From an uncultured Anaerolineaceae bacterium (GTDB taxonomy: Bacteria > Chloroflexota > Anaerolineae > Anaerolineales > UBA4823): a DNA stretch of 64,000 nt. The position numbers and the translations under genes were made by a program. The notes below the pieces were generated by a model, which saw only the letters and a program-made list of their open reading frames with translations, made no database searches and had not been told where the DNA came from. Location: the NCBI GenBank assembly GCA_964547225.1, contig CAZJMV010000052.1:143-64142 (forward strand), read 5' to 3'. This document shows positions 47,756-58,129 of the stretch, in pieces. Within the stretch, counting starts at the first letter, position 1; each line of letters starts with the position of its first letter.

Positions 47756-47793
47756 TGAGGATTATTCCCAATAAATGTGAGATTAATTCCTCA
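47756..47793. promoter_or_regulatory. Tandem imperfect palindromes, putative response-regulator operator
   Basis: TGAGGATTATTCCCA and TGAGATTAATTCCTCA, starts 22 bp apart. Confidence 0.45.
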
Positions 47794-47895
47794 TTGTAAA
47801 GTAAGATTATATTTATTATAGTAAGTTGGAGGAGTGTTTATTAATTCGTTTATACAATAGATCAATTTTCAGAGATGACGTTAGGATGGGAAGCA

Positions 47896-48321
47896 ATGAA
47901 GCCAATACGCATATATATTGTTGACGATAACCCTGAATTTATTGATGCAGTTATCTTGTATTTAACTGTAGAAAAAGATTTTCTAGTCGTAGGATACTCG
48001 CATACTGGTCATCATGCAGTAAAAAATATCCCTAAAATTAAACCGGATTTAGTATTATTGGATTTTGTTATGCCGGACCTTGATGGATGTAAGGTAGCTA
48101 AATATTTGAAGTCCATTGATAACGAACCTGTTATCATCATGTTTAGTATGCACGATGAACTTGTTTACATACAAGCTGCAAAGGAATCTGGCGCTGATGC
48201 ATTTTTGTCGAAAATGGATTTTTCAGATCGATTTGTTCAAAAATTGGATAAACTGTATTGTGATTTAAGAAATAAATCTAAAGATAGTGAGGGAAGTACA
48301 ATAGAAGATATTTTATCGTGA
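47896..48321 (+). CDS. Single-domain response regulator
   Basis: VDDN, LLDFVMPDLDG, FSMH, FLSK; no output domain. Confidence 0.85.
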   Translation: MKPIRIYIVDDNPEFIDAVILYLTVEKDFLVVGYSHTGHHAVKNIPKIKPDLVLLDFVMPDLDGCKVAKYLKSIDNEPVIIMFSMHDELVYIQAAKESGADAFLSKMDFSDRFVQKLDKLYCDLRNKSKDSEGSTIEDILS

Positions 48322-48358
48322 TACAATAAAGAGTATTGATTGATGGAGAGGTTAATAA

Positions 48359-48808
48359 ATGATGCATTATGACTTTGGTCGCCCTATAGAAATATTGTTA
48401 GTTGAAGATAATCCAGGTGATGTGCGTTTAACATTAGAAGCTTTAAATGAAGCGAAAATTAAAAACAATTTACATATTGCAAAGGATGGTGTAGTGGCTT
48501 TCGAATTCTTAAAACGCGAAAATGAGTATTCGGATGTACCTCAACCCGATTTAATTTTACTGGATCTTAATTTACCGCGGAAAGATGGAAGAGAATTATT
48601 ATCTGATATTAAGAAAGATAAAAATCTGAGAAGAATACCAGTTGTAGTGCTAACAACATCAAAAGCGGAAGAAGATATCCTTAAAACCTATGAGTTATAT
48701 GCTAATTGTTATATTACAAAGCCAGTAGATTTAGATCAGTTTATCAAAATTATAGGAGCTATAGAGGATTTTTGGCTGACGATTGTAAAATTGCCGCCAA
48801 ATTCATAA
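48359..48808 (+). CDS. Rcp1-like single-domain response regulator
   Basis: [37 protein letters not shown]. Confidence 0.9.
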   Translation: MMHYDFGRPIEILLVEDNPGDVRLTLEALNEAKIKNNLHIAKDGVVAFEFLKRENEYSDVPQPDLILLDLNLPRKDGRELLSDIKKDKNLRRIPVVVLTTSKAEEDILKTYELYANCYITKPVDLDQFIKIIGAIEDFWLTIVKLPPNS

Positions 48809-48844
48809 TAGAATTTTTTATGATTAAAAAGAAAGGGGTTATTA

Positions 48845-50437
48845 GTGAAAATGGATATTTCGATATTATTGGTAGAAGATAATAAGGGAGATGTCCGCTT
48901 AATTCAGACTATGTTGAATTCAAATGTATATTTGGATTTTAATATCGATTCTGTCGGATCTATCAATGAGGCATTAATATTTTTAGAATCTAAATCAGTT
49001 GACTTGATCTTACTTGATTTATCACTTCCAGATGGAGATGGATTGGATACTTATGATCGGATTTCGGAGAATTACCAATCCATTCCCATAATTGTATTGA
49101 CTGGTCATAATGATTCTGAGCTTGCTTTGCAAGCTGTCTCCATAGGAGCACAAGATTATCTGATCAAAGGCAGCTTAGATAGTAATTATTTGCAAAAAGC
49201 AGTATTGCATTCCATTGAACGCCACCGTTTAAGAAGTAGATTAGAGAGAAGTGAAAGCCGCTTTAAACGTATGATAGAACAAAATGCCGATGGTATCTTG
49301 ATATTAGATGATGGAAGTAAAATTGCTTATGCAAACCCTTCTGCTGAAAAGATTTTCGATCGAAATGCGAATGAATTAATTGGAGAACATTTTGATTATC
49401 TGCCAATGAATAAGAAATATGGTGAAATCGAGATTGTTGGAAAAGGTGGTCGTCCAATTTATATCGAGATGCGAATATCAGAGACAAATTGGGATGAAGA
49501 AAAAGTTATCTTAGTCTCTTTAAGGGATGTTACAAGCAGGATCATCGCTGAGCAAAATTCTAGATTATCTGCAAAGGTGTTTGAAAGTACTGCTGAAGGA
49601 ATAATGGTAACCGACTTGAATTCTAAAATAATTCAAATCAATACTGCATTTACAAATATTACTGGTTATTCTTGTGAAGAATCTCTAGGAAAGACACCAA
49701 GTTTCTTGAAATCAGGTAGGCATGACAATAAATTTTATGAGGAAATTTGGGAAGAAATTTTTAAAAATGGTAGCTGGACAGGAGAGATCTGGAATCGAAG
49801 AAAGGATGGCGTAATATATCCACAGTCGACTAGCATCAATACAATAAAGGATGAAACTGGGAATGTATTAAATTATGTAGCTGTTTTTTCTGATATTTCA
49901 CACCGCAAACAAGTAGAAGAACAATTGAGGTTTCTAGCTTCCCATGACTCACTTACAGAATTGCCAAACCGAGGTGTATTTAGTGATCGATTAAAGCATG
50001 CTCTAGAGCGCAGTAAACGAAATGGTGAAAAGATAGCATTGATGTTTTTAGATTTGAATGAATTTAAAGCCATCAATGATGATTTTGGTCATGCTATTGG
50101 AGACAAAGTCCTTCAAACTATCGGGAAACGATTAACTGATTGCATGCGCAAGAGTGATACTGTCAGCAGATTGGGTGGTGATGAGTTTACAATAATGCTA
50201 GAAAATATAAACGGATATAAAGAATGCGAGATTGTTGCAAAGAAAATAAATAATGTAATTAATCAACCTATTGTGATTGGAAAGAGTACATTCTTTGTCT
50301 CAGTTAGTATTGGAATTAGTATCTTTCCTGATCATTCACAGACAATCGATGGTTTGATGAAGCAAGCAGATTATGCAATGTATCAAGCAAAGAAAAGAGG
50401 TATAGATTTTCAGTTTTTTGAGATAATTGAGAAATAA
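48845..50437 (+). CDS. REC-PAS-PAS diguanylate cyclase
   Basis: HDSLTELPNR, DLNEFKAIND, SRLGGDEF; RKSD I-site. Confidence 0.9.
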   Translation: MKMDISILLVEDNKGDVRLIQTMLNSNVYLDFNIDSVGSINEALIFLESKSVDLILLDLSLPDGDGLDTYDRISENYQSIPIIVLTGHNDSELALQAVSIGAQDYLIKGSLDSNYLQKAVLHSIERHRLRSRLERSESRFKRMIEQNADGILILDDGSKIAYANPSAEKIFDRNANELIGEHFDYLPMNKKYGEIEIVGKGGRPIYIEMRISETNWDEEKVILVSLRDVTSRIIAEQNSRLSAKVFESTAEGIMVTDLNSKIIQINTAFTNITGYSCEESLGKTPSFLKSGRHDNKFYEEIWEEIFKNGSWTGEIWNRRKDGVIYPQSTSINTIKDETGNVLNYVAVFSDISHRKQVEEQLRFLASHDSLTELPNRGVFSDRLKHALERSKRNGEKIALMFLDLNEFKAINDDFGHAIGDKVLQTIGKRLTDCMRKSDTVSRLGGDEFTIMLENINGYKECEIVAKKINNVINQPIVIGKSTFFVSVSIGISIFPDHSQTIDGLMKQADYAMYQAKKRGIDFQFFEIIEK

Positions 50438-50471
50438 TAAATCTGTTATTGAGAATGAGATCGACGATTAA

Positions 50472-50690
50472 TTACATACTCAGTTCAAGCAATCTTAAGA
50501 TTACTAAAACTGCACCAATGAGTTGAAGGAAGGAAAAAAGTAAACGAATTCGCGGTCTGGTCTCATACAACACCTAGCGAACCTGCTAGGATACCTGTTA
50601 GAATACCAAGTCCAATAATTACACAAATTGAAATTGATTCAGTACCAGAGATGGGTAATGAAATATATGGGGGGTAATGGATCTATATTA
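50472..50690 (-). pseudogene. Probable remnant of a TauE/SafE-family membrane transporter gene
   Basis: The minus strand encodes PYISLPISGTESISICVIIGLGILTGILAGSLGVV* and then, in another frame, RPRIRLLFSFLQLIGAVLVILRL; both resemble TauE segments. Confidence 0.45.
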
Positions 50691-50816
50691 ACCCCAGAAA
50701 ATAAAAAATCCATATAGAAATTATGCCATCGTAACCGATTTGTCAAAGATTACGAATTATTTGATTACCTAATTTATATGTCAATGTGCCATGCCTTCAT
50801 TGGAAAGGCGTGATTT

Positions 50817-52082
50817 TCACCTGTTATGTCTTTGTTTGCTTTTTGATTTGTGTTCTTGATGGAGGTGGTTTGATAAATGCATAATGTCGCTAGCAGGTCT
50901 GTTCATGCGGATCAAATTAGCCATAATTTGCATTGGTCGATCGATATGAGTGAAAAAGGATTTATATCCATCGCATAGATAATTAAGACCCATTTCTCCG
51001 TGACTATCTTGGATAAACCTATTTTTTATACATCCTCCGTGACATGCAAACCGATAGTTGCAATTGATACAATCTTTTGGGAGATCGATTAACTTTGATT
51101 TGCCAAATGCGGTTTGCTTGTCTGAGTTTGCTAATGTGGAGATATTTTCATTTTTGATATTTCCAAGGTAAAACCTTGGTTCAACAAAATGATCGCAACA
51201 GTACATATCTCCATTGTGTTCCAGCGCCATTGCTGTGCCACAAGTTGGAGCGAAGATGCATAAACTACCCGGTTTATGAAGCCAAGCTCCCAAAGCGACA
51301 TCAAAAATTTGAATAAATATATCCCCGACATCTTTTTGAATCCACTCATCGAATATGGCAATAAGAAATTCGCCATATTTCTTAGCATTTATAGACCGAC
51401 TAGTTACCTTGTTGCCCTCTTGAAAACCAGTATTATTTTTGCGCTCAACAATTGGGATAAATTGAATATACTTTGCTTGCAATCTGTCTCGAAAAAATTG
51501 ATAAACTTCTAATGGGTAATCTTCATTGGCTGAATGTACGCATGCAAGAATATTGTATTCGACATTATACTTTTTTAATATTTCTAACCCTTTTATAACT
51601 CTATCGAATGTGGGTTTTCCGGCTTTGTCCAATCGATAAACGTCGTGTAACCTACGAGGGCCATCTAAGCTGATCCCAACCAAAAACTGATTTTCGTGGA
51701 AGAATTTACCCCATTCATCGTTAATAAGGGTACCGTTAGTTTGAATGGTATTGAAAATTCGCATACCAGGTTTGGAAAAATTTTTCTGGAATTTAAGCGC
51801 TTTGATGAAAAAATTGATGCCAGCTAATGTAGGTTCTCCGCCCTGCCAGGCGAATGTAATTTCGGGTAAATTTTGGGATAAGATATATTGTTGGGTAAAA
51901 GATTCAAGCAAATCATCAGACATCATAAACGATGAATCATGATACAAGTTCTCTTTGGAGAGATAATAACAATATTTACAATTTAGATTACATTTAGAGC
52001 CTGTAACTTTCGTCATAATGTGAAATGCTGGTAATTGTGCAATTTCATTTGAGACTTTTTGTTGCGAAGATATAAATGACAT
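50817..52082 (-). CDS. Anaerobic sulfatase maturase (radical SAM/SPASM)
   Basis: CNLNCKYCYY, WQGGEPTL, QTNGT, SPASM cysteines (CIFAPTCG, YCCDH, CINC...CHGGC, YLC). Confidence 0.92.
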   Translation of the reverse strand: MSFISSQQKVSNEIAQLPAFHIMTKVTGSKCNLNCKYCYYLSKENLYHDSSFMMSDDLLESFTQQYILSQNLPEITFAWQGGEPTLAGINFFIKALKFQKNFSKPGMRIFNTIQTNGTLINDEWGKFFHENQFLVGISLDGPRRLHDVYRLDKAGKPTFDRVIKGLEILKKYNVEYNILACVHSANEDYPLEVYQFFRDRLQAKYIQFIPIVERKNNTGFQEGNKVTSRSINAKKYGEFLIAIFDEWIQKDVGDIFIQIFDVALGAWLHKPGSLCIFAPTCGTAMALEHNGDMYCCDHFVEPRFYLGNIKNENISTLANSDKQTAFGKSKLIDLPKDCINCNYRFACHGGCIKNRFIQDSHGEMGLNYLCDGYKSFFTHIDRPMQIMANLIRMNRPASDIMHLSNHLHQEHKSKSKQRHNR

Positions 52083-52257
52083 GATTTAACCTTAACTCCA
52101 ATTTGATAATCATTTTCAACTTTACCATATTTTTGGATTGGAGAATTACATTAGGATAGATAAATAGTAACTAAAGGTTTTAAGATTCAAATTGCCTATG
52201 TGCGAGATCAATGAATAAAGTAAAATAGGTTAATCTAAACCAGTTATAGAGGTGTAA

Positions 52258-52956
52258 ATGATTGAAGTAATAGCATTTGATGCTGATGATACCTTATGGC
52301 ATAATGAACATTTCTACTCGAATACTAAGAAGAAATTTGAGGGATTACTATCGAAATATCCAGGTAGCGATCATGCAGGAGAGCTACTTGAACAATTAGA
52401 AGAGAAAAATATTGCTTATTATGGATATGGTATTAAGAGCTTCACGTTATCGATGGTTGAAGCTGCCATTGAAGTATCTCAAAACAATATATCAGGTGAA
52501 GATATTCGAATGATATTGGAGTATTCAAAAGAGATGCTTGACGAAGATTTGCATTTAATGGATGGTATTGAAGAGACTTTAAGACAGTTGTCGGAAGATT
52601 TTCAACTAATGATCATCACGAAAGGGGATTTATTTGAACAGTATAGAAAAGTCCAGCGATCTGGAATCGCAGACTACTTTACATATATAGAAGTTGTTGC
52701 AGAAAAAACAGTTAATGTATATCGTGATTTATTAATTCGTTATAGGATCGATCCAAATCAATTCTTGATGGTTGGAAATTCTTTGCGTTCAGATATTCAA
52801 CCACTTATTCAATTAGGCGCGCACGCTATATATGTACCCTATCCAACCACTTGGTCTCACGAATACAATTTAGATGAAGAGCTTGATCGTAGTCAGTTTA
52901 TCGAAGTAGATAATATTAAAAACATAGTTGACGAAGTAGAGCGATTGACCAGATAG
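52258..52956 (+). CDS. HAD-family hydrolase
   Basis: FDADDTLW, ITKGD, MVGNSLRSDI. Confidence 0.9.
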   Translation: MIEVIAFDADDTLWHNEHFYSNTKKKFEGLLSKYPGSDHAGELLEQLEEKNIAYYGYGIKSFTLSMVEAAIEVSQNNISGEDIRMILEYSKEMLDEDLHLMDGIEETLRQLSEDFQLMIITKGDLFEQYRKVQRSGIADYFTYIEVVAEKTVNVYRDLLIRYRIDPNQFLMVGNSLRSDIQPLIQLGAHAIYVPYPTTWSHEYNLDEELDRSQFIEVDNIKNIVDEVERLTR

Positions 52957-52972
52957 GTTGGATAAGATTCGC

Positions 52973-54037
52973 TTATTCGTTACAAAGAGTGCTTATCAAA
53001 GAACCGAAGCTATCATAAAGATATGCGCACTCACCATCATCAGACCAAATACCTGAATATTTGTTCCATGAGAAACCACACGTAGAAGGATCATATATAT
53101 TTGTGTAAATCCGACAATATTGACCCGGTATAATCGTGTATGGTGGAAAGTGGTATATATGGTTATCTGAATCCTTTAAAGTCCAATTCTTTAATTGAAT
53201 AATCTGATCATCTTGATTTTTGATCTCGACAAACTCGTCAGGTTGTTTCCATCCTTTTCCTTCAGGAGATATATAAGTAATCGCTACATTCCCAGAGCTC
53301 AACGATAATGGGGTTTTTGTTGGTATAGTTCTTGTTGCTGTACTTTCAGGCAACCAGAGACCTATTTGGCGGTTGATCGCATTAATCTCGGAATAAGCAA
53401 ACAAAGTATCGCAACTAATATTTGGAGGTTGGCTATCTACTAGTGCAAAGCCAGATTCAATCATAGTATGATTTACAAATATCGCATCGACGATTACATA
53501 CCGCAATAGGTTCCCCTCAGAATCTTTATCTTCTTTATCCCTGATCAGAAGTATTTTTTTCCCTAAAACAAGGCTTTTGTTTTTGTTTTTTGACCGTTCA
53601 CCAGCATTAAAAGCGAGATCTTCTTCTGGTATTGCTATCCCGATATATCTGACAATATGGTTCATGTCATCGATTTTTACTTTAATAGTAATGCCATCGA
53701 TTACTTCAATTACTTTGGCATATGTTGACTCTGAATTCCATGGAACGCACCAGCCGTCTTGAATGACTGCTCCTTGGGTTGATGTGGACTCATCAATACG
53801 AACACTTGTAGGGGATATTGTCGGAGAGATTGCATAACTGGTTGGTGTATCTTGAATTGTGATTGACGTTTGATTAGGTCTTGTTGAGGTAGAAATGGGA
53901 GATATCTGTTGGGTGCTAGTGGATGGTGAGTAAATGCCAAAATAGAAAAAGAAAATAGAAAGCAGACATGTCCCGAAGGTGAAGATAGAGATCAACGCAA
54001 TTAGGAATAAAAAAAGTGAACGATTATGGAAATTCAT
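52973..54037 (-). CDS. Membrane-anchored thermonuclease(SNase)-like plus lamin-tail-domain protein
   Basis: TM helix, T/S linker, VIDGITIKV/VRYIGIAIPE SNase fold, DEFVEIKN...LKNWTLKD...IWSDDGE LTD. Confidence 0.8.
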   Translation of the reverse strand: MNFHNRSLFLFLIALISIFTFGTCLLSIFFFYFGIYSPSTSTQQISPISTSTRPNQTSITIQDTPTSYAISPTISPTSVRIDESTSTQGAVIQDGWCVPWNSESTYAKVIEVIDGITIKVKIDDMNHIVRYIGIAIPEEDLAFNAGERSKNKNKSLVLGKKILLIRDKEDKDSEGNLLRYVIVDAIFVNHTMIESGFALVDSQPPNISCDTLFAYSEINAINRQIGLWLPESTATRTIPTKTPLSLSSGNVAITYISPEGKGWKQPDEFVEIKNQDDQIIQLKNWTLKDSDNHIYHFPPYTIIPGQYCRIYTNIYDPSTCGFSWNKYSGIWSDDGECAYLYDSFGSLISTLCNE

Positions 54038-54058
54038 AAAAGATTAATGAATACATCA

Positions 54059-54874
54059 TTATGGACATGCTTCCATGGTATCTTGTGAGCCTAGTAATAT
54101 TACAGGTCGAACACCTGAGCTGATTATTTCACCTTGTACTATAATACAGGCGCCTTGAATATTCTCAAGATACCACCACATTGGTTTTGGATTAGACCAG
54201 ATATTGAATGACCCCGCTTCAATGCTGAATGTCATCACATGTGTACCATCATCTCTTTCAATTATCTCCAGATAGTCACCATAGACACATATAATTTCAC
54301 CAACTTGGTTTAGTGTGACTTCTGACCATAAGACACAATCGGTTCGGATATCTTCCGCTGTTGGAGTAGCTTGTTGGGTCTGTGTTATAGACTCACTGGT
54401 AGCTGTATTTAAGATGACACTAGTAGATGTTGCGGTTTTCATTGATGGGGTAGGAGCGCTTGTTGAAACGACTTTCGACGTGAATAAAGATGATAAGGTA
54501 TTTAAATTGACTTCTCGTAAAAGGAATACGATTATAATAAGGACAAATAATGAAATTATCGTATATATTAATTTATGGGATTTAGATATACAGATTCCGG
54601 CATAGAAAGCAACGTATAAAGTACCAAAAATGGGAACTAATGATATTGCGAAGATTATGAGAAATTGGATGATGGTTGGGGATTCAAATTTTCCCCTCGC
54701 ACCAAAAAAACTGAGTATAGTAACGGCACTAAAAGGATATAAATATTCAGCGTAAGGAAAAACAGGTCTAGGAAATAATAGAACAAAACCTACGACGATA
54801 AAGAATGCTAGTAAAATTATTCCCATCATAACAGTAAGAACGATATTAGAATCAGTTTCAAATTCTTCGTACAT
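54059..54874 (-). CDS. Hypothetical membrane protein with a C-terminal Cys-containing extracellular domain
   Basis: About 4 TM helices, Thr-rich linker, CVLW...ICVYG...CIIVQG...ACP. Confidence 0.6.
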   Translation of the reverse strand: MYEEFETDSNIVLTVMMGIILLAFFIVVGFVLLFPRPVFPYAEYLYPFSAVTILSFFGARGKFESPTIIQFLIIFAISLVPIFGTLYVAFYAGICISKSHKLIYTIISLFVLIIIVFLLREVNLNTLSSLFTSKVVSTSAPTPSMKTATSTSVILNTATSESITQTQQATPTAEDIRTDCVLWSEVTLNQVGEIICVYGDYLEIIERDDGTHVMTFSIEAGSFNIWSNPKPMWWYLENIQGACIIVQGEIISSGVRPVILLGSQDTMEACP

Positions 54875-54954
54875 AATTGTTCTCCATATAAATCCGAAAG
54901 AGTGACTACGATCCTATTCTATATTTATAATGATAATATAACCAAGTTAAACAT

Positions 54955-57279
54955 ATGAAACGATGGATTCGACCAGATGCACTATCAATTTCTGATGATA
55001 TTATAAAACAGATTGGGGGAAATCCATTAGTTGCTGAAACTCTAATAAGGAGAGGTATTCGAGAACCTTCTAGTATGCTTGCTTTTATTAATCCTGAAAA
55101 CTATCACCCCTCTTCTCCTTATGAGTTACCTGGAATGGAACAAGCCGTTCGAAGGTTATTTAAAGGCATCAATAATGGTGAAAGGATTTTAGTATGGGGT
55201 GATTTCGATGTCGATGGACAGACTTCAACCACATTACTTGTTAATGCTTTGAATAAAGTGCATGCTAATGTCGAGTACTATATTCCAAACCGCGAGAGAG
55301 AGTCGCATGGTGTAAATTTGCCAAAATTAAAAAAAATCCTTGCTCGGCAAAAATCTCCATCCATAATATTGACATGTGACACAGGGATCGCGGCAGTTGA
55401 AGCAGTATCTTACGCTAAGACCAAGAATGTAGATTTCATCGTGTCAGATCACCATGAAATTCCAGAAGTTTTACCTGATGCTATTGCATTGGTAAACCCA
55501 AATTTTCTTGATTCTAATCATCCCATGAGAAGTTTACCTGGAGTAGGAGTCGCATTTGAATTGGCGAAAGCATTGTTTGAATTCAGTGATGCAGATGAAT
55601 CGGGTGGGGATTTATTGGATTTAGTAGCATTGGGTATTATTGCAGATGTAGCGAAGTTGAACGGTGATACGCGATACCTGGCGCAAAAAGGTCTGGAAAT
55701 TCTGAGTGATACCAAAAGGATAGGTTTGCAAGAACTGTACAATAAAGCACAAATAGAAACCGAGAGAATCACTGAAGAACATATTGGATACGTGATTGCT
55801 CCTAGGCTGAATGCTGTGGGTCGCCTAGGGGATGCGAATCCGATTGTGGAACTGCTTTCAACAAATGATCAAAAAGTAGCTAGAGAATTTGTATGTAAAT
55901 TAGAAGAATTAAATCGTAGACGAAGATTATTAATGGGGCAAGTCTATCGAGCTGCAATTACAAAAATTGAAAAACAACAAGAAATAAAGCACATGCCAGT
56001 TATTATACTAGCACAAAATGGTTGGCCGGCAGGGATTATTGGAATTGTGGCTAGTCGAATTGTTGAACGATATAGAAAGCCTACGATATTAATTTCTACT
56101 CAATCAAATGGAAAAGGTCGTGCATCAGCTCGCTCTGTTGAGGGTTTGGATATTACCACTGCTATAGCTACGCAAAAAAAAATGTTAGATCATTTTGGCG
56201 GGCACCCAATGGCGGCTGGGTTTGCTATCGATGTGGACGATATCCCACGATTTCAAGTCGGCTTGTCAAGAGCAATTGAAAAAATGGGTATTCCTGAAGA
56301 CCCTTCCTTGGTAATTGATCAGGTTATAGATTGGGGTAAGTTGGATATGAATTTGATCGAACAAGTTGAAAGGCTAGCTCCATTTGGCGCTGGCAATCCT
56401 CCACTTGTTTTTGTGTCTGATGGTCTTACTTTATTAAATAAAAAAACCATGGGGGCAGAAGGTGAGCACTTATTGTTGCAGTTTACAGATCAGGACAATC
56501 ATGAAAAGCGGGTTGTTTGGTGGCATGGCGCGGACGAATTTAAAGAATCTGAAATTGGACAAGGGAAAGGGAGTTTAGCCTTTATCGCTAGACGAAGCAA
56601 TTATTTAGGTAGGGAAGAGGTCGGAATCCAGTTTGTCGATTTTCATCCAGAATTTGGATCTGTTGTTTTAATTGAAAAGAAAAAAAATTCTATTGATTTG
56701 CGAGGCGAACCTGATCCATTGGATGTTCTGTCTGAACTTATTGAAATTAATGAATTAACTATATGGGCAGAGGGATCAGATAAAGAACGTTTGAGTAAAA
56801 GTGGATACCATGTGAATAATCGTATCGATTTAGAACCTAGTAAGCGGTTAATAATATACACCACACCACCTAGTCACGATGTTTTCAATGAAGCTATGGA
56901 TGCAGTTTCTCCTGAAGAAGTTGTGTTCATTGGAAAGAATCCTGAAGAAAATGATCTCAAAACTTATTTTAATAGGTTGTCTAGTTTAGCTAAATTCAGC
57001 ATTAATCATCGAGAAGGAGTCATACCACTTAATATATTTGCGGCATCATTGGCAAGTGATCGGAAAACTGTAATAGCGGGAATAAGGGTTATGGCTGCGA
57101 GTGGTGTAGTTAAGATAATTGAAATTGACCAGGAATATTTTAGGATCGAGAAGATAAGAAAAGAACGTTCGGATAATTATTTCAAACTATTAAAACAATA
57201 TGAAGTAGCTTTTAAAGAAATTGATGCCTATAGGAGTTTTTTTAAAAGAGCGCCCCTAGAAAAGATTTTATCAAAATAA
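54955..57279 (+). CDS. recJ: Single-stranded-DNA exonuclease RecJ
   Basis: GDFDVDG, TCDTG, SDHH, PRLNAVGR, ASARS, GGHPMAAG, PFGAGNP. Confidence 0.95.
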   Translation: MKRWIRPDALSISDDIIKQIGGNPLVAETLIRRGIREPSSMLAFINPENYHPSSPYELPGMEQAVRRLFKGINNGERILVWGDFDVDGQTSTTLLVNALNKVHANVEYYIPNRERESHGVNLPKLKKILARQKSPSIILTCDTGIAAVEAVSYAKTKNVDFIVSDHHEIPEVLPDAIALVNPNFLDSNHPMRSLPGVGVAFELAKALFEFSDADESGGDLLDLVALGIIADVAKLNGDTRYLAQKGLEILSDTKRIGLQELYNKAQIETERITEEHIGYVIAPRLNAVGRLGDANPIVELLSTNDQKVAREFVCKLEELNRRRRLLMGQVYRAAITKIEKQQEIKHMPVIILAQNGWPAGIIGIVASRIVERYRKPTILISTQSNGKGRASARSVEGLDITTAIATQKKMLDHFGGHPMAAGFAIDVDDIPRFQVGLSRAIEKMGIPEDPSLVIDQVIDWGKLDMNLIEQVERLAPFGAGNPPLVFVSDGLTLLNKKTMGAEGEHLLLQFTDQDNHEKRVVWWHGADEFKESEIGQGKGSLAFIARRSNYLGREEVGIQFVDFHPEFGSVVLIEKKKNSIDLRGEPDPLDVLSELIEINELTIWAEGSDKERLSKSGYHVNNRIDLEPSKRLIIYTTPPSHDVFNEAMDAVSPEEVVFIGKNPEENDLKTYFNRLSSLAKFSINHREGVIPLNIFAASLASDRKTVIAGIRVMAASGVVKIIEIDQEYFRIEKIRKERSDNYFKLLKQYEVAFKEIDAYRSFFKRAPLEKILSK

Positions 57280-57383
57280 ATGAAGAAGTTTGGGAACATT
57301 TATTCTTATTCGGTGAGATGATACAATATCAGTGTACATATTATCTTCAGCAATGACTTCCGTGATGATATAGGAGATTGTTT

Positions 57384-57989
57384 ATGGATATCTATAGCGG
57401 TGATGCTCGTTCCGTTAATATAGGTGACAGACTAAAGGAATTGAGGATCGAACGAGATCACTCTATACGCCAATTGGCAAATAAATGCGGAATATCAGCT
57501 AATGCTTTAAGCAATATTGAGAGAAGTCAAACTTCTCCGAATGTGAGTACTTTATATAAATTAGCTAAGGCATTAAACATTTCAGTTACTGAGTTCTTTG
57601 AAAAAAAACAGGATGGAATGAGTATTGTATATCAAAAAGAGACACAGAGGACTAGGTTGTCTTTTCCACGAGGTCTTTGGGAAGGGCTAGGAGGGGAATT
57701 ATTCTCTGGTTATGTTGAACCTTTTATATTGACATTGGAGAGTGGGGGAAGCAGTGGTCCATACACTATGGAGCATAGTGGAGATGAATTTGTGCTATGC
57801 CTTCGAGGAATAATTGAGTATCAAGTTGATGAAGAAGTATATCATTTGAAGGCAGGCGATAGTTTATTATTTCGTGCGAATTTGGCGCATCGGTGGAAGA
57901 ATATTGGGAATAATGTGGGAAATATTTTGATCGTCCTATCTGGATATTCAGAAATGGAGGATCCATTAAACCCACACATAGCGAGTTGA
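57384..57989 (+). CDS. XRE-family HTH regulator with a cupin domain
   Basis: IGDRLKELR...LSNIER..TSPNVSTL HTH; HSGDEF...GDSL.F...H cupin. Confidence 0.88.
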   Translation: MDIYSGDARSVNIGDRLKELRIERDHSIRQLANKCGISANALSNIERSQTSPNVSTLYKLAKALNISVTEFFEKKQDGMSIVYQKETQRTRLSFPRGLWEGLGGELFSGYVEPFILTLESGGSSGPYTMEHSGDEFVLCLRGIIEYQVDEEVYHLKAGDSLLFRANLAHRWKNIGNNVGNILIVLSGYSEMEDPLNPHIAS

Positions 57990-58077
57990 AGTATACAAAT
58001 CACTAATGTAATTATTGATTCAATATCGTTGAAATTTTCTAATAATTCTTAGATTTAAATTAACAAAACTAAGAGAG

Positions 58078-58105
58078 AAAACCCCCGCGAAACTGCAGGG
58101 GTTTT
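58078..58105. terminator. Bidirectional intrinsic terminator
   Basis: AAAACCCC...GGGGTTTT hairpin between convergent genes. Confidence 0.75.
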
Positions 58106-58129
58106 ATGAATGTTTGTAATGTGGAAATG

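Noticed and set aside
50817-52082. Radical SAM/SPASM enzyme as the maturase of the 61-aa peptide
   Set aside because: It lies ~21 kb away, has typical anSME motifs and shows no evident RRE domain.
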